Assembly: GCA_963775465.1 (NCBI GenBank)
Contig: CAVZIW010000013.1
Coordinates: 123,169 to 187,168 of the forward strand
Direction of reading: 5' to 3'
Origin: Candidatus Bathyarchaeota archaeon
GTDB taxonomy: Archaea; Thermoproteota; Bathyarchaeia; Bathyarchaeales; Bathycorpusculaceae
Length of the DNA stretch: 64,000 bases
Shown one piece after another: positions 48,535 to 59,590 of the stretch. A program made the position numbers and the translations under genes. Each line of letters begins with the position of its first letter. Position 1 is the first letter of the stretch. The notes under the pieces were generated by a model. The model was not told where the DNA came from. It saw nothing but the letters and a program-made list of their open reading frames with translations, and ran no database searches.

Positions 48535-50214
48535 TTGTCAGCAGCACCAACACAAGCAGGCGGGATCCCTATTATGGTTCTCAAAGAAGGATCAAATAGG
48601 TCCCGTGGAAGAGAAGCGCAACACGGCAACATAACAGCCGCCAAAGTTGTAGCTGAAAGTATCCGAAGCGCGTTAGGACCAAAAGGTATGGATAAAATGT
48701 TGGTCGACAACTTCGGGGACGTCACAATAACAAGCGACGGACGAACAATCCTTGACGAGATGGATATTCAACATCCAGCGGCAAAAATGCTTGTCGAAGT
48801 CGCAAAAACACAAGATAAAGAGACAGGTGATGGAACAACTTCAGCAGTTATTATTGCAGGAGAACTTTTAAACAAAGCTGAAGAGCTAATTGACAAAAAT
48901 ATTCATCCAACAATAATAATTGACGGATACAAGATGGCAGCCGAAAAGGCTCTAGAAACACTTGAAAAAATAGCCATAGCAGTAAACCTAAAGTCTCAAG
49001 ATTTTCTCGTAAAAGCTGCAACCACCTCGATGGGAAGTAAAATCGTCGCAGAACACAAAGATTATCTTGCAGAAATAGTTGTTAAAGCGATGTTGGCGGT
49101 TGCCGAGAAGCAAGATGGAGCATTCAAAGTTGATGTAGATGACGTTAAGGTTGAGAAGAAAACAGGCGAATCTCTCAAAGAGACCACTTTAATCAACGGA
49201 ATCGTATTAGACAAAGAAATTGTTCATTCAGGCATGCCAAAACGCTTAGAAAAAGCGAAAATTGCACTACTTGATGCATCATTGGAGAATGAGAAGCCTG
49301 AATTGGACGCCAAAATTAACATAGAAAGCCCCGATCAGATTGAAGCCTTCCTAAAGCAAGAAGAAGAAATGTTAAAAGATATGGTTGAAAAAATTCTTTC
49401 TACAGGAGCAAACGTTGTTATCTGCCAAAAAGGCATTGACGACATGGCACAACACTTCCTTGCGCGAAAAGGTGTAATTGCAATTAGACGCGCCAAAAAA
49501 TCGGACATGGAAAAACTTGCAAGAGCCACAGGTGGAAAAATCGTAAGCAACATCAACTCACTATCAGCCGCAGACCTTGGATACGCTGCATTGGTGGAAG
49601 AACGCAAAACTGGCGATGACAAAATGACCTATATCGAGGGATGCAAAAACCCCAAGTCAGTTACTCTCTTGATCAGAGGCGGAACACAACGCATGACTGC
49701 AGAAGCTGAACGGTCAATTCACGATGCTCTTAGCGTCGTAAAGGATCTACTTGAAGAGCCAAAAATCGTTGCTGGCGGAAGCGCACCTGAAATGGAAATG
49801 TCCAGCGTTCTCAAAAAGTACGCCCAGACATTACCAGGAAGAGAGCAGTTAGCTGTGCAGATTTTTGCTGAAGCTCTAGAAGCTATCGCGGTGACTCTTG
49901 CTGAAAACGCAGGTTTAGATCCAGTGGATATTATTTCTCAGTTACGTGCCGAACATGAAAAAGGTAAAACATGGGCAGGCATTAACGTGTTTGAAGGCAA
50001 AGTTGAAGACATGATTAAACTAAACGTATACGAGCCATTAGCAGTCAAGAAGCAGATCATCAAGTCCGCCAATGAAGCCGCATCTATGATTCTAAAAATC
50101 GATGATGTCATTGCAACTGCAAAAATGAAGACTCCTCCAATGCCCCCAGGAGGAGGAATGCCAGGCGGCGGCATGGGAATGGATGGTATGGGTGGAATGC
50201 CCGGAGGATACTAA
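48535..50214 (+). CDS. ths: Thermosome (group II chaperonin) subunit
   Basis: [29 protein letters not shown]-rich tail; TTG start. Confidence 0.97.
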   Translation: MSAAPTQAGGIPIMVLKEGSNRSRGREAQHGNITAAKVVAESIRSALGPKGMDKMLVDNFGDVTITSDGRTILDEMDIQHPAAKMLVEVAKTQDKETGDGTTSAVIIAGELLNKAEELIDKNIHPTIIIDGYKMAAEKALETLEKIAIAVNLKSQDFLVKAATTSMGSKIVAEHKDYLAEIVVKAMLAVAEKQDGAFKVDVDDVKVEKKTGESLKETTLINGIVLDKEIVHSGMPKRLEKAKIALLDASLENEKPELDAKINIESPDQIEAFLKQEEEMLKDMVEKILSTGANVVICQKGIDDMAQHFLARKGVIAIRRAKKSDMEKLARATGGKIVSNINSLSAADLGYAALVEERKTGDDKMTYIEGCKNPKSVTLLIRGGTQRMTAEAERSIHDALSVVKDLLEEPKIVAGGSAPEMEMSSVLKKYAQTLPGREQLAVQIFAEALEAIAVTLAENAGLDPVDIISQLRAEHEKGKTWAGINVFEGKVEDMIKLNVYEPLAVKKQIIKSANEAASMILKIDDVIATAKMKTPPMPPGGGMPGGGMGMDGMGGMPGGY

Positions 50215-50216
50215 AA

Positions 50217-50456
50217 ATGAGCCAAAAAATTATTGTAGGACCGCCAAAAATTACTCGCTTCGAGAAAGCAAGAATAGTTGGCGCACGTGCACTGCAAATC
50301 TCGATGGGAGCCCCAATCTTGGTCGATGCAGAAGAAAACACAAATCCCATAGACATAGCCGTAACTGAACTCGATGCAGGCATCTTACCAATCACAATCC
50401 GCAGAACTCTACCAGATGGAACTTTCCAAGATATACCCCTAAAGTGGCTTTTTTAA
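50217..50456 (+). CDS. rpoK: RNA polymerase subunit Rpo6 (K)
   Basis: [30 protein letters not shown]. Confidence 0.96.
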   Translation: MSQKIIVGPPKITRFEKARIVGARALQISMGAPILVDAEENTNPIDIAVTELDAGILPITIRRTLPDGTFQDIPLKWLF

Positions 50457-50947
50457 GCCCTATCTCTTTCTTTTGATTTTTGAAGTCCTCCTTCTACTTG
50501 AGTAAGGGTTTTTGTGATCTGGTTCCAGTGAGCGCCTTGCCAGTAAACTTGGGCGCAGTTGGAGCACTTCCAAAAATTATCATAGAATTTATAGGTGTTT
50601 TTTTCTATTTTGCTCGTGAGCTCGTCTTTTAATGCTGTTTTAAGCGGAGCGTTACATAATGGGCAATTGGATTTATTCATATCAATCGTTAATTGTAATC
50701 CGTATCGTTTGGCGACTTCTGCAAGCTGATCCGGTTTCGATTTTTCTTCCACATAGAAAGCATCCAAACCTCTGCCGATAGCTCTTTTGTATAGTTCAAA
50801 ATCCTTTGTTAGCAGAGTACGCACATCTTTTTTCGCTAACTCCAAAAGTTCATCGTCGGAGAACTGTACAGAATAAGCTACATCATGTCCTATCATTCGC
50901 AGCCAACGTGTGAGTTTTCCGAGCATCCCATCTGCAAGGAACTTCAC
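50453..50947 (-). CDS. Mut7-C RNase (PIN) domain protein
   Basis: F.AD.MLGKL.RWLR..G.D, C..CN, C..C...YW.G.H. Confidence 0.9.
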   Translation of the reverse strand: MKFLADGMLGKLTRWLRMIGHDVAYSVQFSDDELLELAKKDVRTLLTKDFELYKRAIGRGLDAFYVEEKSKPDQLAEVAKRYGLQLTIDMNKSNCPLCNAPLKTALKDELTSKIEKNTYKFYDNFWKCSNCAQVYWQGAHWNQITKTLTQVEGGLQKSKERDRA

Positions 50948-52299
50948 CCTTTACCTCCCCGAACGATGTTACCGATTCCACCTTTACCGACAATTTCTCC
51001 TTCATCGAAAACTAATTTTCCATTGACGATAGTTTTTTGAGGTTTGCCCCACACATCCCAACCGTCGTATGGTGAAAAGTGGGCTTTGGACTTGAATTTT
51101 GAAGCGTCAATTTTGAATTGGTGATTAAAGTCCACGATTGTTAGGTTAGCATTTTTACCTTGCTCCAGCAGTCCGACCTCAGTTAAGCCGAAGATTTCTG
51201 TCGGTTTCTTCGCTAATAGCTCAACTACCTTAGTCAGAGTTAACTTGTTTTTCTTTACCAAAGTCATCATTAAGGGCAAAGTAGTTTCCAGCCCAGGCAC
51301 GCCGACTTTAACATCCCATACGTTATCAGATGTCTTCTCGCTCGGAGTATGAGGCGCATGGTCTGATCCCAAAGCATCAACTGACCCATCATCTATGCCG
51401 TTCCATAAGGCGTCAACGTTGGTTTTGCTCCGAAGAGGGGGAGCTAGGATAACCATTTGCCCATACTTTTTCACGTCATCACTTGAGAGGATAAGATGGT
51501 TTGGGGTGACTTCACAGGTAACTTTTTTTCCTGCTTTCTTAGCTTTGGCAATTGCATTTAGTCCTTCTTCGGTTGAGACATGACAAAAATGTAGCCTCGT
51601 ATTAGTTTGCTCGGTTAGTCTTAGTAAGCGATTGATTGCTTTAAGCTCAACAGTCTCGGTGTGAGCTCTAGAAAAGTCGTTTATGCTGCTTTTTTTGGCC
51701 TGTTTGAGTTTTTCTTCGTTGGCTGTCAACATTGCTCTATCTTCAGCGTGAACTGCCACGGGCACATCAAGGGGGGCTACTTCTTTGAAGGCGTCTATCA
51801 GGGCGTTGTCGTCATCAAGGGTTAAGCCGCCTGTTTGGTAACCCATAAAAAGCTTAAACCCAACTGCGCCAAATGCGATGATGTTTTTTATTTCGGATGT
51901 TTTCTTTGGGAACTCTGAATAAAAGTTGACGTTGACCAAAATTTTGTTTGAAGCTTTTCTCATGCGGTTTTGTAGGGTTTCTACACTCATTGTAACTGGA
52001 TCGTTGTTTGGCATATCCAAGACAGTTGTGAAACCTCCGGCAGCGGCGGCTGAGGTTCCGGACGTAAAATCTTCCTTATAAGTTCGTCCTTCGTCACGCA
52101 AATGTACGTGTTCATCAATCAAGCCGGGCAAAACGAGAAGGTTATGGAGGTCGGTCCTTTGGTCGGCTTTTGGCATTTGGGTTTCTTTGCCGATTTTGTT
52201 AATTTTGCCTTCTTCGATGGCTATGCTGCAGTCGAAGATTTGACCTTTGATAAAGGCTTTAGCGTTAATAAGGACCCAGTCAACAATCAATATGTTCAC
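50944..52299 (-). CDS. pyrC: Dihydroorotase
   Basis: D.HVHLR, AAAGG.TTV.DMPN, H.CHVS, PPLR, SDHAPH. Confidence 0.88.
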   Translation of the reverse strand: MNILIVDWVLINAKAFIKGQIFDCSIAIEEGKINKIGKETQMPKADQRTDLHNLLVLPGLIDEHVHLRDEGRTYKEDFTSGTSAAAAGGFTTVLDMPNNDPVTMSVETLQNRMRKASNKILVNVNFYSEFPKKTSEIKNIIAFGAVGFKLFMGYQTGGLTLDDDNALIDAFKEVAPLDVPVAVHAEDRAMLTANEEKLKQAKKSSINDFSRAHTETVELKAINRLLRLTEQTNTRLHFCHVSTEEGLNAIAKAKKAGKKVTCEVTPNHLILSSDDVKKYGQMVILAPPLRSKTNVDALWNGIDDGSVDALGSDHAPHTPSEKTSDNVWDVKVGVPGLETTLPLMMTLVKKNKLTLTKVVELLAKKPTEIFGLTEVGLLEQGKNANLTIVDFNHQFKIDASKFKSKAHFSPYDGWDVWGKPQKTIVNGKLVFDEGEIVGKGGIGNIVRGGKG

Positions 52300-52359
52300 T
52301 TTTAATGAAGTAGCGGGTGGTTTAATTAATTAAAGGTTATTAAAAGAAAGTATAAGAGA

Positions 52360-52941
52360 TTATTCTTCTTCTTCGAGCTCGACTCTGCATTCGTCACAAA
52401 TGTTTTGTCCGTCTCGTTCCTTTAGACTTTCCGAGTACGCGTTACAACGGTCACAATATCCTGAAAGCGGAGCTTCCTCAACTTCGTCATTTGTTGCTGC
52501 ATTTTCGATTCGGGATCGTTCCTGCATTATCTCGATAAGTTCAGGCATTACACCTAAGATGTCTTTGCTTGAAATTATGCCAACAAGATTGCCTTTGTAA
52601 ATTACGACTAATCGTCTAATGTCGAGACGTGTCATTCTTCTGGCTGCATCGCTTATGGTTGCCTCAGGTTCAACTGTAACCAATGGGGTAGTCATGATTT
52701 CTTTGGCTTTAACGGTGTCAGGCTTCAGGTTTTTAGCAATAATCCGAAGTACCAAGTCGCGTTCAGTTATAATGCCAATTGATTTGCCAGACTTGTTTGT
52801 AACGATTACGGCCCCTAAATCATGCATATCCATGTTTGCTGCGGCTTTGTTTGAGGTTTCGTCTTCATCCATCGTTACAACTGGACTACTCATAACGTCA
52901 CGCACCAACATTTTAGTTCTTAACCCAATATCAGCCATCAA
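52360..52941 (-). CDS. CBS-pair protein with C-terminal C2-C2 Zn ribbon
   Basis: GIITERD, GIISSKD, G.CD.C...C.EC. Confidence 0.88.
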   Translation of the reverse strand: MMADIGLRTKMLVRDVMSSPVVTMDEDETSNKAAANMDMHDLGAVIVTNKSGKSIGIITERDLVLRIIAKNLKPDTVKAKEIMTTPLVTVEPEATISDAARRMTRLDIRRLVVIYKGNLVGIISSKDILGVMPELIEIMQERSRIENAATNDEVEEAPLSGYCDRCNAYSESLKERDGQNICDECRVELEEEE

Positions 52942-53087
52942 ATTCTACACTCCAAGATTAAGACAACCTTAGCTCTCTGCAAAATTAGAGAGAGGCGCAT
53001 AATTTAAGAGTTGCTTATCAGTCTAGAATCCATGAAGTTTTAATAGGCCCCAATGAGAAAGGAAAAAAAGACACTTGAGGAAAAAGC

Positions 53088-53975
53088 ATGCTAAAAACCA
53101 ATGCTGAAAAATTAGTTAAAATATCCGTCATTGGCGAAATCGCAAGCCCGACACTCCGCAATCCCTATAATGTTTCAGCCACAGGCACCCCCTTGGTTCT
53201 GCCCGGAGTTGGAGGGATAACCTACAATGTAAGAATAGGCGATCCTGCATGCGGTTGGGAAGCTGACCACGTAGAACCGGGCGTCAGCGTTGAAAACAAA
53301 GAAAATGATTCCCGCCAAGGGCAAGCAGCCAACACTGCTTTTAACGTTCTTTCATGTGTTGGTAATCAAGCAACTGTTGTCTCAGGCGATGTAAAAGGAG
53401 CGAAAGGTGTTGTTACGGGCAAGCATGGTGGAATAGAGCATGTACTCGTTGATTTTCCGTTAGATATTTTGGAGAAATTAGTAATTGGAGATAAAATTTT
53501 GGTGAAAACGTTTGGGATTGGGTTGAAACTTGTGGATTTTCCCGAGATAAAAGTTTTCAATATGGATCCTTGTTTGCTTGAAACTTGGAATATCGCTATT
53601 AGAGGTGACAAACTGGAGGTTCCTGTTACACACATCATGCCTGCTGCCATTATGGGTTCTGGGCTTGGAGCAAATCAAGTGAATTCAGGTGACTACGATA
53701 TTCAACTATTTGATGAAACAATTGTTGCGCAGTACGGGCTTGAAAAGTTAAGATTGGGAGATTTAGTGGGTATTATTGATGCAGATCACTCTTTTGGTAG
53801 GATTTTCAGGCAAGGCGCCATCTCTGTTGGTGTTGTAGTTCATACCGATTGTGTGACTGCGGGGCATGGACCAGGGGTTACGACGTTAATGACGTCTCCA
53901 ACTGGAAAAATAATTCCCCAGATAAGTCAAAGCGCAAACATTGCTTCTCTGTTGGAGTTACGAACAGATATATAA
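53088..53975 (+). CDS. DUF4438-family protein
   Basis: GGITYN, DHVEPGVS, GKHGG.EH, MGSG.G, GDYDI, HGPGVT. Confidence 0.8.
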   Translation: MLKTNAEKLVKISVIGEIASPTLRNPYNVSATGTPLVLPGVGGITYNVRIGDPACGWEADHVEPGVSVENKENDSRQGQAANTAFNVLSCVGNQATVVSGDVKGAKGVVTGKHGGIEHVLVDFPLDILEKLVIGDKILVKTFGIGLKLVDFPEIKVFNMDPCLLETWNIAIRGDKLEVPVTHIMPAAIMGSGLGANQVNSGDYDIQLFDETIVAQYGLEKLRLGDLVGIIDADHSFGRIFRQGAISVGVVVHTDCVTAGHGPGVTTLMTSPTGKIIPQISQSANIASLLELRTDI

Positions 53976-54024
53976 GACAGATAAATCAATAAGTGGGGAA
54001 TAGGAGAAAAAGAGGTCAAAATAA

Positions 54025-54319
54025 TTGCCGTTTAAGCGAAAAAGCCGAGGAAGATCCAAAGGAAGCAAAGGAAGCAGCACTCTTGTTCAATGCGTCAACT
54101 GTGGGTCGATGGTGCCACGTGACAAAGCGAAAAGGTCTACTCGACGTGTATCATTTGTTGAGCCTCAACTAGCTGAAAGAGCTTAGGCAAAAAGGCACAT
54201 TCTTGGCTTCGTGGGTGGATACTAAATATTACTGCATTTCGTGCGCAGTGCACCGCGGCATCGTTAAAGTACGAGCAGAAAACGAACGCCATTCAAAAAG
54301 CCGACGATCAAGATACTGA
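54025..54319 (+). pseudogene. rps26e: 30S ribosomal protein S26e interrupted by a +1 frameshift
   Basis: Frame A MPFKRKSRGRSK...VQCVNCG..VPRDKA...VEPQLA ends at TAG 54184; frame +1 continues KELRQKG...YCISCAVHRGIVKVR to TGA 54317. Confidence 0.85.
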
Positions 54320-54328
54320 GTATTTTTG

Positions 54329-54940
54329 CTACTTTTTCTTTAACTCTTTGTAAACATGCAACGTTCTTTGTAGAACAGTAAAATTAGAAATGATTGCTAA
54401 GATGATAATACCATAGTTTAGAGCTGGCAGCCACCAAAAAGCGATGATCGAAGCTATAGCTAAAATGAGCATGCGTTCAGCCCGCTCCGCAAAACCAATT
54501 GACTCCATTTTTATACCTGCTGCTTCTGCCCTTGCCCGACTATAACTTACTAAAACTGAACCGGTCAAAGCAGCTAAACCCCAGATTGGAACGCATAACC
54601 CAGCAATAACTATTGCAGCGTAAACAGCTGCGTCTGCGTACCTGTCGAGCACCGAGTCGAAAAAGCCTCCGAAAACGGTTGTTTGCCCAAAGGTTCGCGC
54701 TACAATACCGTCGAGGGTGTCGCAGAATCCTGAAGCTAAAAGAAAAAATGTAGCTAAAAGGAGAAACCAAGATGCGTAATTAGGTGTCAATGCGTAAGTG
54801 ACAGCTGAGGTCAATGCTAAAATGAATCCCACCACACTAATGCTGTTGGGATTAAAACCTAATTTTTTAGCAATTTTTGCTTCTGTGGTAAGCATTTGCT
54901 GGATTTTTTTTTTGAGTTTAGTTAGCAAGATAACCTTCAA
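54329..54940 (-). CDS. CDP-alcohol phosphatidyltransferase (archaetidylinositol phosphate synthase type)
   Basis: D.LDG.VAR......GGF.DS.LDR..D, SY.RARAE, ERAER; likely start TTG 54928. Confidence 0.92.
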   Translation of the reverse strand: MKVILLTKLKKKIQQMLTTEAKIAKKLGFNPNSISVVGFILALTSAVTYALTPNYASWFLLLATFFLLASGFCDTLDGIVARTFGQTTVFGGFFDSVLDRYADAAVYAAIVIAGLCVPIWGLAALTGSVLVSYSRARAEAAGIKMESIGFAERAERMLILAIASIIAFWWLPALNYGIIILAIISNFTVLQRTLHVYKELKKK

Positions 54941-55145
54941 CTTGACTGGGCGTTATTGGTCATTAGGGGTTTTGCAATAGAAAAGCCTTTCTTACTCTAC
55001 TGTTAGACATTTGTTCGATTAACTTATGTTTTTCAATGACCTTATAAGCGAGAAAAGCTATTATTTTGCAGTAACGTTCTATGCGTAACAACGCGCAAAA
55101 CAAAAACGTTACACACAAAGCAACATCAAAAGGAGATAAAATATA

Positions 55146-55433
55146 ATGACTGAAAACGCAGATGTTATCTTCGTCGGAAACAAACCCCCAATGAGCTATG
55201 TTCTGGCCATAATCACAAGCCTTTCCTCAGGCAATCTAAAAGAAATCACCCTAAAAGCAAGAGGCCAAGCAATAACCACCGCAGTTGACGTAGCCGAGAT
55301 CACAAGGAACCGGTTTATTAAAGATCTAAATGTTAGCAAAATCGCAATTGGAACAGTTGAGATGCCACCTCGTGAGGGTGAAAACAAGTCCAGAATGGTT
55401 TCCACGATGGAGATTACTCTAAGCAAAAAATAA
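55146..55433 (+). CDS. Second Alba paralog
   Basis: VGNKP.MSYVLA, KARGQAI..AVDVAE, VSTMEITL. Confidence 0.93.
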   Translation: MTENADVIFVGNKPPMSYVLAIITSLSSGNLKEITLKARGQAITTAVDVAEITRNRFIKDLNVSKIAIGTVEMPPREGENKSRMVSTMEITLSKK

Positions 55434-55586
55434 ACTGGACCTAAGATAGATTTAATAAATCTTCATCCAATATTTCTTCTATTTTTTGAGCAGTTTAATT
55501 AAATATCTTAACCTCTAAAGATCGCTTAAGCCATTAGTTTTTAATATTTGAACCGTCCGTTTGCTTCTTAAAGAGTTTGGTGTAAG

Positions 55587-56855
55587 TTGGCTCTAAATGC
55601 AGCGCTAACAGCAATAGTGACCATTTGCATTTTGGTTTTCTCAGCTAAGCTGCTGGGTGAAGTTTTTTCTTGGCGGAAAATCCCTTCAGTTTTGGGCGAA
55701 TTGACTGCAGGTATACTCCTTGGACCGTATGCTTTAGGCTCTTTGATTGCAATTAACGGAACACCTGTGATTGTAATAAACGAGATCGTAAAGGCATTTG
55801 CAGAGATAGGTGGTATTCTTATATTGTTTGTCGCTGGTTTAGAGATGACTTTTCGGGATTTCCGCAAGGTGGGGGCTGCGGGATTTATTATCGGAACCAT
55901 AGGCGTGGTTGTTCCTTTCACAATGGGTTACGGGTTATCGTTAGTTCTTGGATTAGACATTATAACAAGCATGGTCGTTGGCTCAGCACTTGTTGCCACA
56001 AGCATCTCTATTACGGCGATAGTTTTGCAGGAGTTGAATCAATCCCGAAGTATTGAAGCTAGAATGATGATTAGCGCAGCGGTAGTTGATGATGTTTTAG
56101 GACTAGCAATTCTCGGAGTTATTGTTTCCTTCATCTCAACTTCAACGCCCATAACTGCGTTGAATGTCGTAATCGTTGTTTCAACATCTCTTGCACTATG
56201 GCTCACTATGACGGTTTTCGCTTCGTTCATACTTCCAAAAGTAATTAATTTTACTTCAAAAGCAAAATATGAAGGAACCGTAGAAGCAGCAGCGACAGCT
56301 TCGTGTTTTGGCGCATCAGCCTTAGCAGCAGCTCTTGGTTTATCACCCATAGTCGGCGCCTTCGCTGCAGGAATGGCCGTTGCTAGTTCAAATACAATCG
56401 AGAAAATACGGGACTATACCAAGAAAATAAGCATTGTATTCTCTCCTGTCTTCTTTGCATTAGCGGGAGCAGAATTTAACTTTCGGAGCTTCATTACTAC
56501 AGACTGGTTTTTCTATATCTTCTTTGCATCACTTGTAATTGTTGCAGTACTAAGCAAAATGATTGGATGTGGGATTCCTGCCTCTTTCTTTTTGAAAAAC
56601 CGCATTAAAGGAAACAGAGTAGGAATGGGTATGATGTCGCGAGGTGAAGTTGGGCTTATAGTTGCTGGAGTAGCAATCTCTGCTGGAGCTATCAGCCAAA
56701 GTGTTTACGCTGCTATTTTAGGAATGATCATGATTACAACTATAATCGCACCCATATTATTGAGAAAATCCTACGAAAACGAGCCACCCGAAGAAGAAAT
56801 CCAAGATGATGCAGATACAAATGCGCCTGATTATATACCAACCTATCCTCTTTAG
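55587..56855 (+). CDS. CPA2 cation:proton antiporter
   Basis: LGEL.AG.LLGP, ATS..IT, AAVVDDVLG, SRGEVGL. Confidence 0.92.
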   Translation: MALNAALTAIVTICILVFSAKLLGEVFSWRKIPSVLGELTAGILLGPYALGSLIAINGTPVIVINEIVKAFAEIGGILILFVAGLEMTFRDFRKVGAAGFIIGTIGVVVPFTMGYGLSLVLGLDIITSMVVGSALVATSISITAIVLQELNQSRSIEARMMISAAVVDDVLGLAILGVIVSFISTSTPITALNVVIVVSTSLALWLTMTVFASFILPKVINFTSKAKYEGTVEAAATASCFGASALAAALGLSPIVGAFAAGMAVASSNTIEKIRDYTKKISIVFSPVFFALAGAEFNFRSFITTDWFFYIFFASLVIVAVLSKMIGCGIPASFFLKNRIKGNRVGMGMMSRGEVGLIVAGVAISAGAISQSVYAAILGMIMITTIIAPILLRKSYENEPPEEEIQDDADTNAPDYIPTYPL

Positions 56856-56996
56856 CAATAAAAATGAAAGACATATTCGTTTTAGTTAATGTTTTGCTAA
56901 ATAGTAGACAACCCAATTAATTTTACTCTTGTCTATTCTATGTTAAAGTTAAATAGCTGAGTTGTAAGTAGAGAATTATTCTGTGTGAGTACAAAA

Positions 56997-58286
56997 ATGC
57001 TAGATATCAAACTCATTCGAGATAACTCAGATCTTGTTCGAGCTAACTTAGCAAAACGCGGCAATCCAGAAGCTCTCCAGATGCTAGATGACTTAATAGT
57101 TTTCGATAAGGATTGGCGTTTAAATCTAACCAAACTAAACGATTTACGACACGCCCGAAAGCAAATAACCATAGAAATTGCTAAACTTAAAAAATCACAT
57201 CAAGAAGCTGCAAACGAAGTATCCAAAGCGCAACTCGTTGACCAAAAAATTACTCTAATGGAAAAGCAAGTGGCTGAACAGGAACAAAAAATCCGAGACT
57301 GCCTTATGCGACTACCAAACCTTCTGGATGAGTCTGTCCCGCTTGGAAAAGATTCAAACGACAATGTTGAGCTGAAAACTTGGGGGACCATCCCGCAATT
57401 CAAGTTCCCGATAAAAAACCACATAGATTTGGCATTGGAACTTGACTTAATTGATATGGAAAGAGCAGGAAAAGTTTCGGGGTCAAGATTTTTTTACCTT
57501 AAAAATGAAGTGGCGATGTTGGATATGGCGCTAATGAGCTTTGCAATTGAAGAATTAGCAAAAAAAGACTATATTCCAATAATCCCCCCTTACTTGATGA
57601 AGCGTGAAGCATATGAAGGAGTAACTGCCCTTGATGATTTTGCTGATGTTCTATACAAAGAGGAAAACGAAGATCTTTACTTAATCGCTACCTCAGAACA
57701 TCCCATGGCAGCCATGTTTATGAATGAAACATTAAAAGAACAAGATATGCCAATAAAACTTGCAGGCATGAGCACTTGTTTCCGAAAGGAGGCAGGCGCA
57801 CACGGGAAAGACACACGCGGTATTTTTCGAACTCACCAGTTTAACAAGATTGAGCAGTTCATCTTCTGTAAACCGGAAGACTCCCCAAAACTGCATGAAG
57901 AACTTCTTCAAAATGCGGAGGATCTCTTGCAGAAAATCGGTTTGCCCTACCATGTTGTAAATGTATGCACAGGAGACATTGGTACTGTCGCTGCTAAAAA
58001 ATATGACATTGAAGCGTGGATGCCAGCCCAGAATGGTTATCGTGAGGTTGTATCATGTAGCAACTGTACAGATTACCAAGCGAGACGCTTAGGAATTAAG
58101 TATCGTGAAAAAGAAGGTGCAGCACCAAAAGCCACGGTGCATACATTGAATTCAACTGCTATAGCAACGGGTAGGACAATAGTAGCGATACTGGAGAACA
58201 ATCAGAATGAGGATGGAACAATAAATATACCTGAAGCTATTAGAAAATACATGGGTAATAGAGAAAAAATAGTAAGAAAACGGTAA
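56997..58286 (+). CDS. serS: Serine--tRNA ligase
   Basis: MLDIKLIR, ATSEHP, CFRKEAG, HQF.KIEQ, SCSNCTDYQARRL, HTLNST. Confidence 0.97.
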   Translation: MLDIKLIRDNSDLVRANLAKRGNPEALQMLDDLIVFDKDWRLNLTKLNDLRHARKQITIEIAKLKKSHQEAANEVSKAQLVDQKITLMEKQVAEQEQKIRDCLMRLPNLLDESVPLGKDSNDNVELKTWGTIPQFKFPIKNHIDLALELDLIDMERAGKVSGSRFFYLKNEVAMLDMALMSFAIEELAKKDYIPIIPPYLMKREAYEGVTALDDFADVLYKEENEDLYLIATSEHPMAAMFMNETLKEQDMPIKLAGMSTCFRKEAGAHGKDTRGIFRTHQFNKIEQFIFCKPEDSPKLHEELLQNAEDLLQKIGLPYHVVNVCTGDIGTVAAKKYDIEAWMPAQNGYREVVSCSNCTDYQARRLGIKYREKEGAAPKATVHTLNSTAIATGRTIVAILENNQNEDGTINIPEAIRKYMGNREKIVRKR

Positions 58287-58336
58287 AGCTTTTAATATTT
58301 CGTTGAGAATGTTGTGGAACGTTCGGAGAAATAAGC

Positions 58337-58993
58337 TTGTCTTCCAAGTCTAAGTCCAAGTCAACAAAGCATATTCGAGATAAATGGCGTGGAAAATCAT
58401 GGTATATGGTTATCGCGCCATCCTTCTTCGGTAATATCGAGTTAGGGTCCATTCCAGCTCAAGAAGAAGAAATGTTAATCGGTAGGGTCGTCGAAGCAAC
58501 CTTGTATGACATAACAGGTGACTTTTCACACCACTACCTGAAAATGTTTTTCCAAATTAACCAAATTGAAGGTAAATCTGCCAAAACACTCTTCAAAGGA
58601 CATGAATATTCAAGAGACTTTCTAAGAAGTTTAGTGAGACGTAGAACCACTAAAGTAGATGGCTTGTTCAACTCAGTCACTAAAGATGGTTATAAACTTA
58701 GAGTTTCCGTGTCAGCTTTAACGCTTTCAAGAATTAAAACTTCACAAGAAAAAATAATCAGAGACATGATGGAGAAAACCATAAGAGAAAAGGCTGCTGC
58801 TCTCACGCTTGACCAATTTGTCCAAGAAATGGTTCTTGGCAAAATCGCCTCAGATATATACAATCAAGCCAAACTAGTTGCTCCACTAAGACATGTCGGC
58901 ATACGCAAATCAAAGCTTGTCTCTGCGCCAAAAGTAATAACTAAGAAAGAGACAGTGCCTGAAGCAGCTGCCTCAGTAGTAGCTGAGGCATAA
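58337..58993 (+). CDS. rps3ae: 30S ribosomal protein S3Ae
   Basis: DKW..K.WY...AP..F, GRVVE.TL.D, F.GHE..RD.LRSLVRR. Confidence 0.96.
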   Translation: MSSKSKSKSTKHIRDKWRGKSWYMVIAPSFFGNIELGSIPAQEEEMLIGRVVEATLYDITGDFSHHYLKMFFQINQIEGKSAKTLFKGHEYSRDFLRSLVRRRTTKVDGLFNSVTKDGYKLRVSVSALTLSRIKTSQEKIIRDMMEKTIREKAAALTLDQFVQEMVLGKIASDIYNQAKLVAPLRHVGIRKSKLVSAPKVITKKETVPEAAASVVAEA

Positions 58994-59101
58994 CTATTTT
59001 TGTTTCATTAATTTATTTTTTGTTTTTTTAACCGTAAACAGTTTTAGTCACGAGCATCTAAAGTACATAGTTCTCAAATTACTATAGGAGAATGTCAAAT
59101 T

Positions 59102-59572
59102 TTGAATAGCAACGCTGGTGTTCACCAAAAAGGAACCTTCAACGCTCAAGATGCAATCGAAAACATCAAAAATGATCCCAATTACAGTAAAGCGGGTGCA
59201 ATTGGTCTTTTCGTTGGAGTTGTCCGTGGAGAAACCCTGGGGTTTGAGCAGGAAAAAGTGGAAAAACTAACTATCGAAGCTTACGAGGAAAATGCCGATC
59301 AGGTTTTGTCCAAAATAAGCAGTGATTTAACTCAGAAGCCTGGGATTGTGAACGTTCAAATCCATCATTTGTTGGGCGAATTCAAAGTTGGCGACGATTT
59401 AGTCTATGTAGCTGTGGCCGGTGCTCATCGAACAGATGTTTTTCCTGTTTTGCGTGAGGCTGTTGAACGCTACAAAAGTGAAGTACCTGTTTTTAAGAAA
59501 GAGCATATAATCACGAAGCAGGGTAAGACTTCTGAGTACTGGGTGTCGGAAAAAGAGAGTTATCATCCTTAA
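59102..59572 (+). CDS. moaE: Molybdopterin synthase catalytic subunit
   Basis: GA...F.G.VR, EAY, AHR, K..VP.FKKE, W. Confidence 0.93.
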   Translation: MNSNAGVHQKGTFNAQDAIENIKNDPNYSKAGAIGLFVGVVRGETLGFEQEKVEKLTIEAYEENADQVLSKISSDLTQKPGIVNVQIHHLLGEFKVGDDLVYVAVAGAHRTDVFPVLREAVERYKSEVPVFKKEHIITKQGKTSEYWVSEKESYHP

Positions 59573-59590
59573 TGTTGGTGCTCTGAAGGT

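Noticed and set aside
50136-50211. GGM repeat at the thermosome 3' end
   Set aside because: Well-known chaperonin tail.
54182-54188. CTTAGGC (Ty1-type +1 site) or amber readthrough in rps26e
   Set aside because: CTT-AGG lies in the downstream frame, not the incoming one, and TAG readthrough would not restore the frame.
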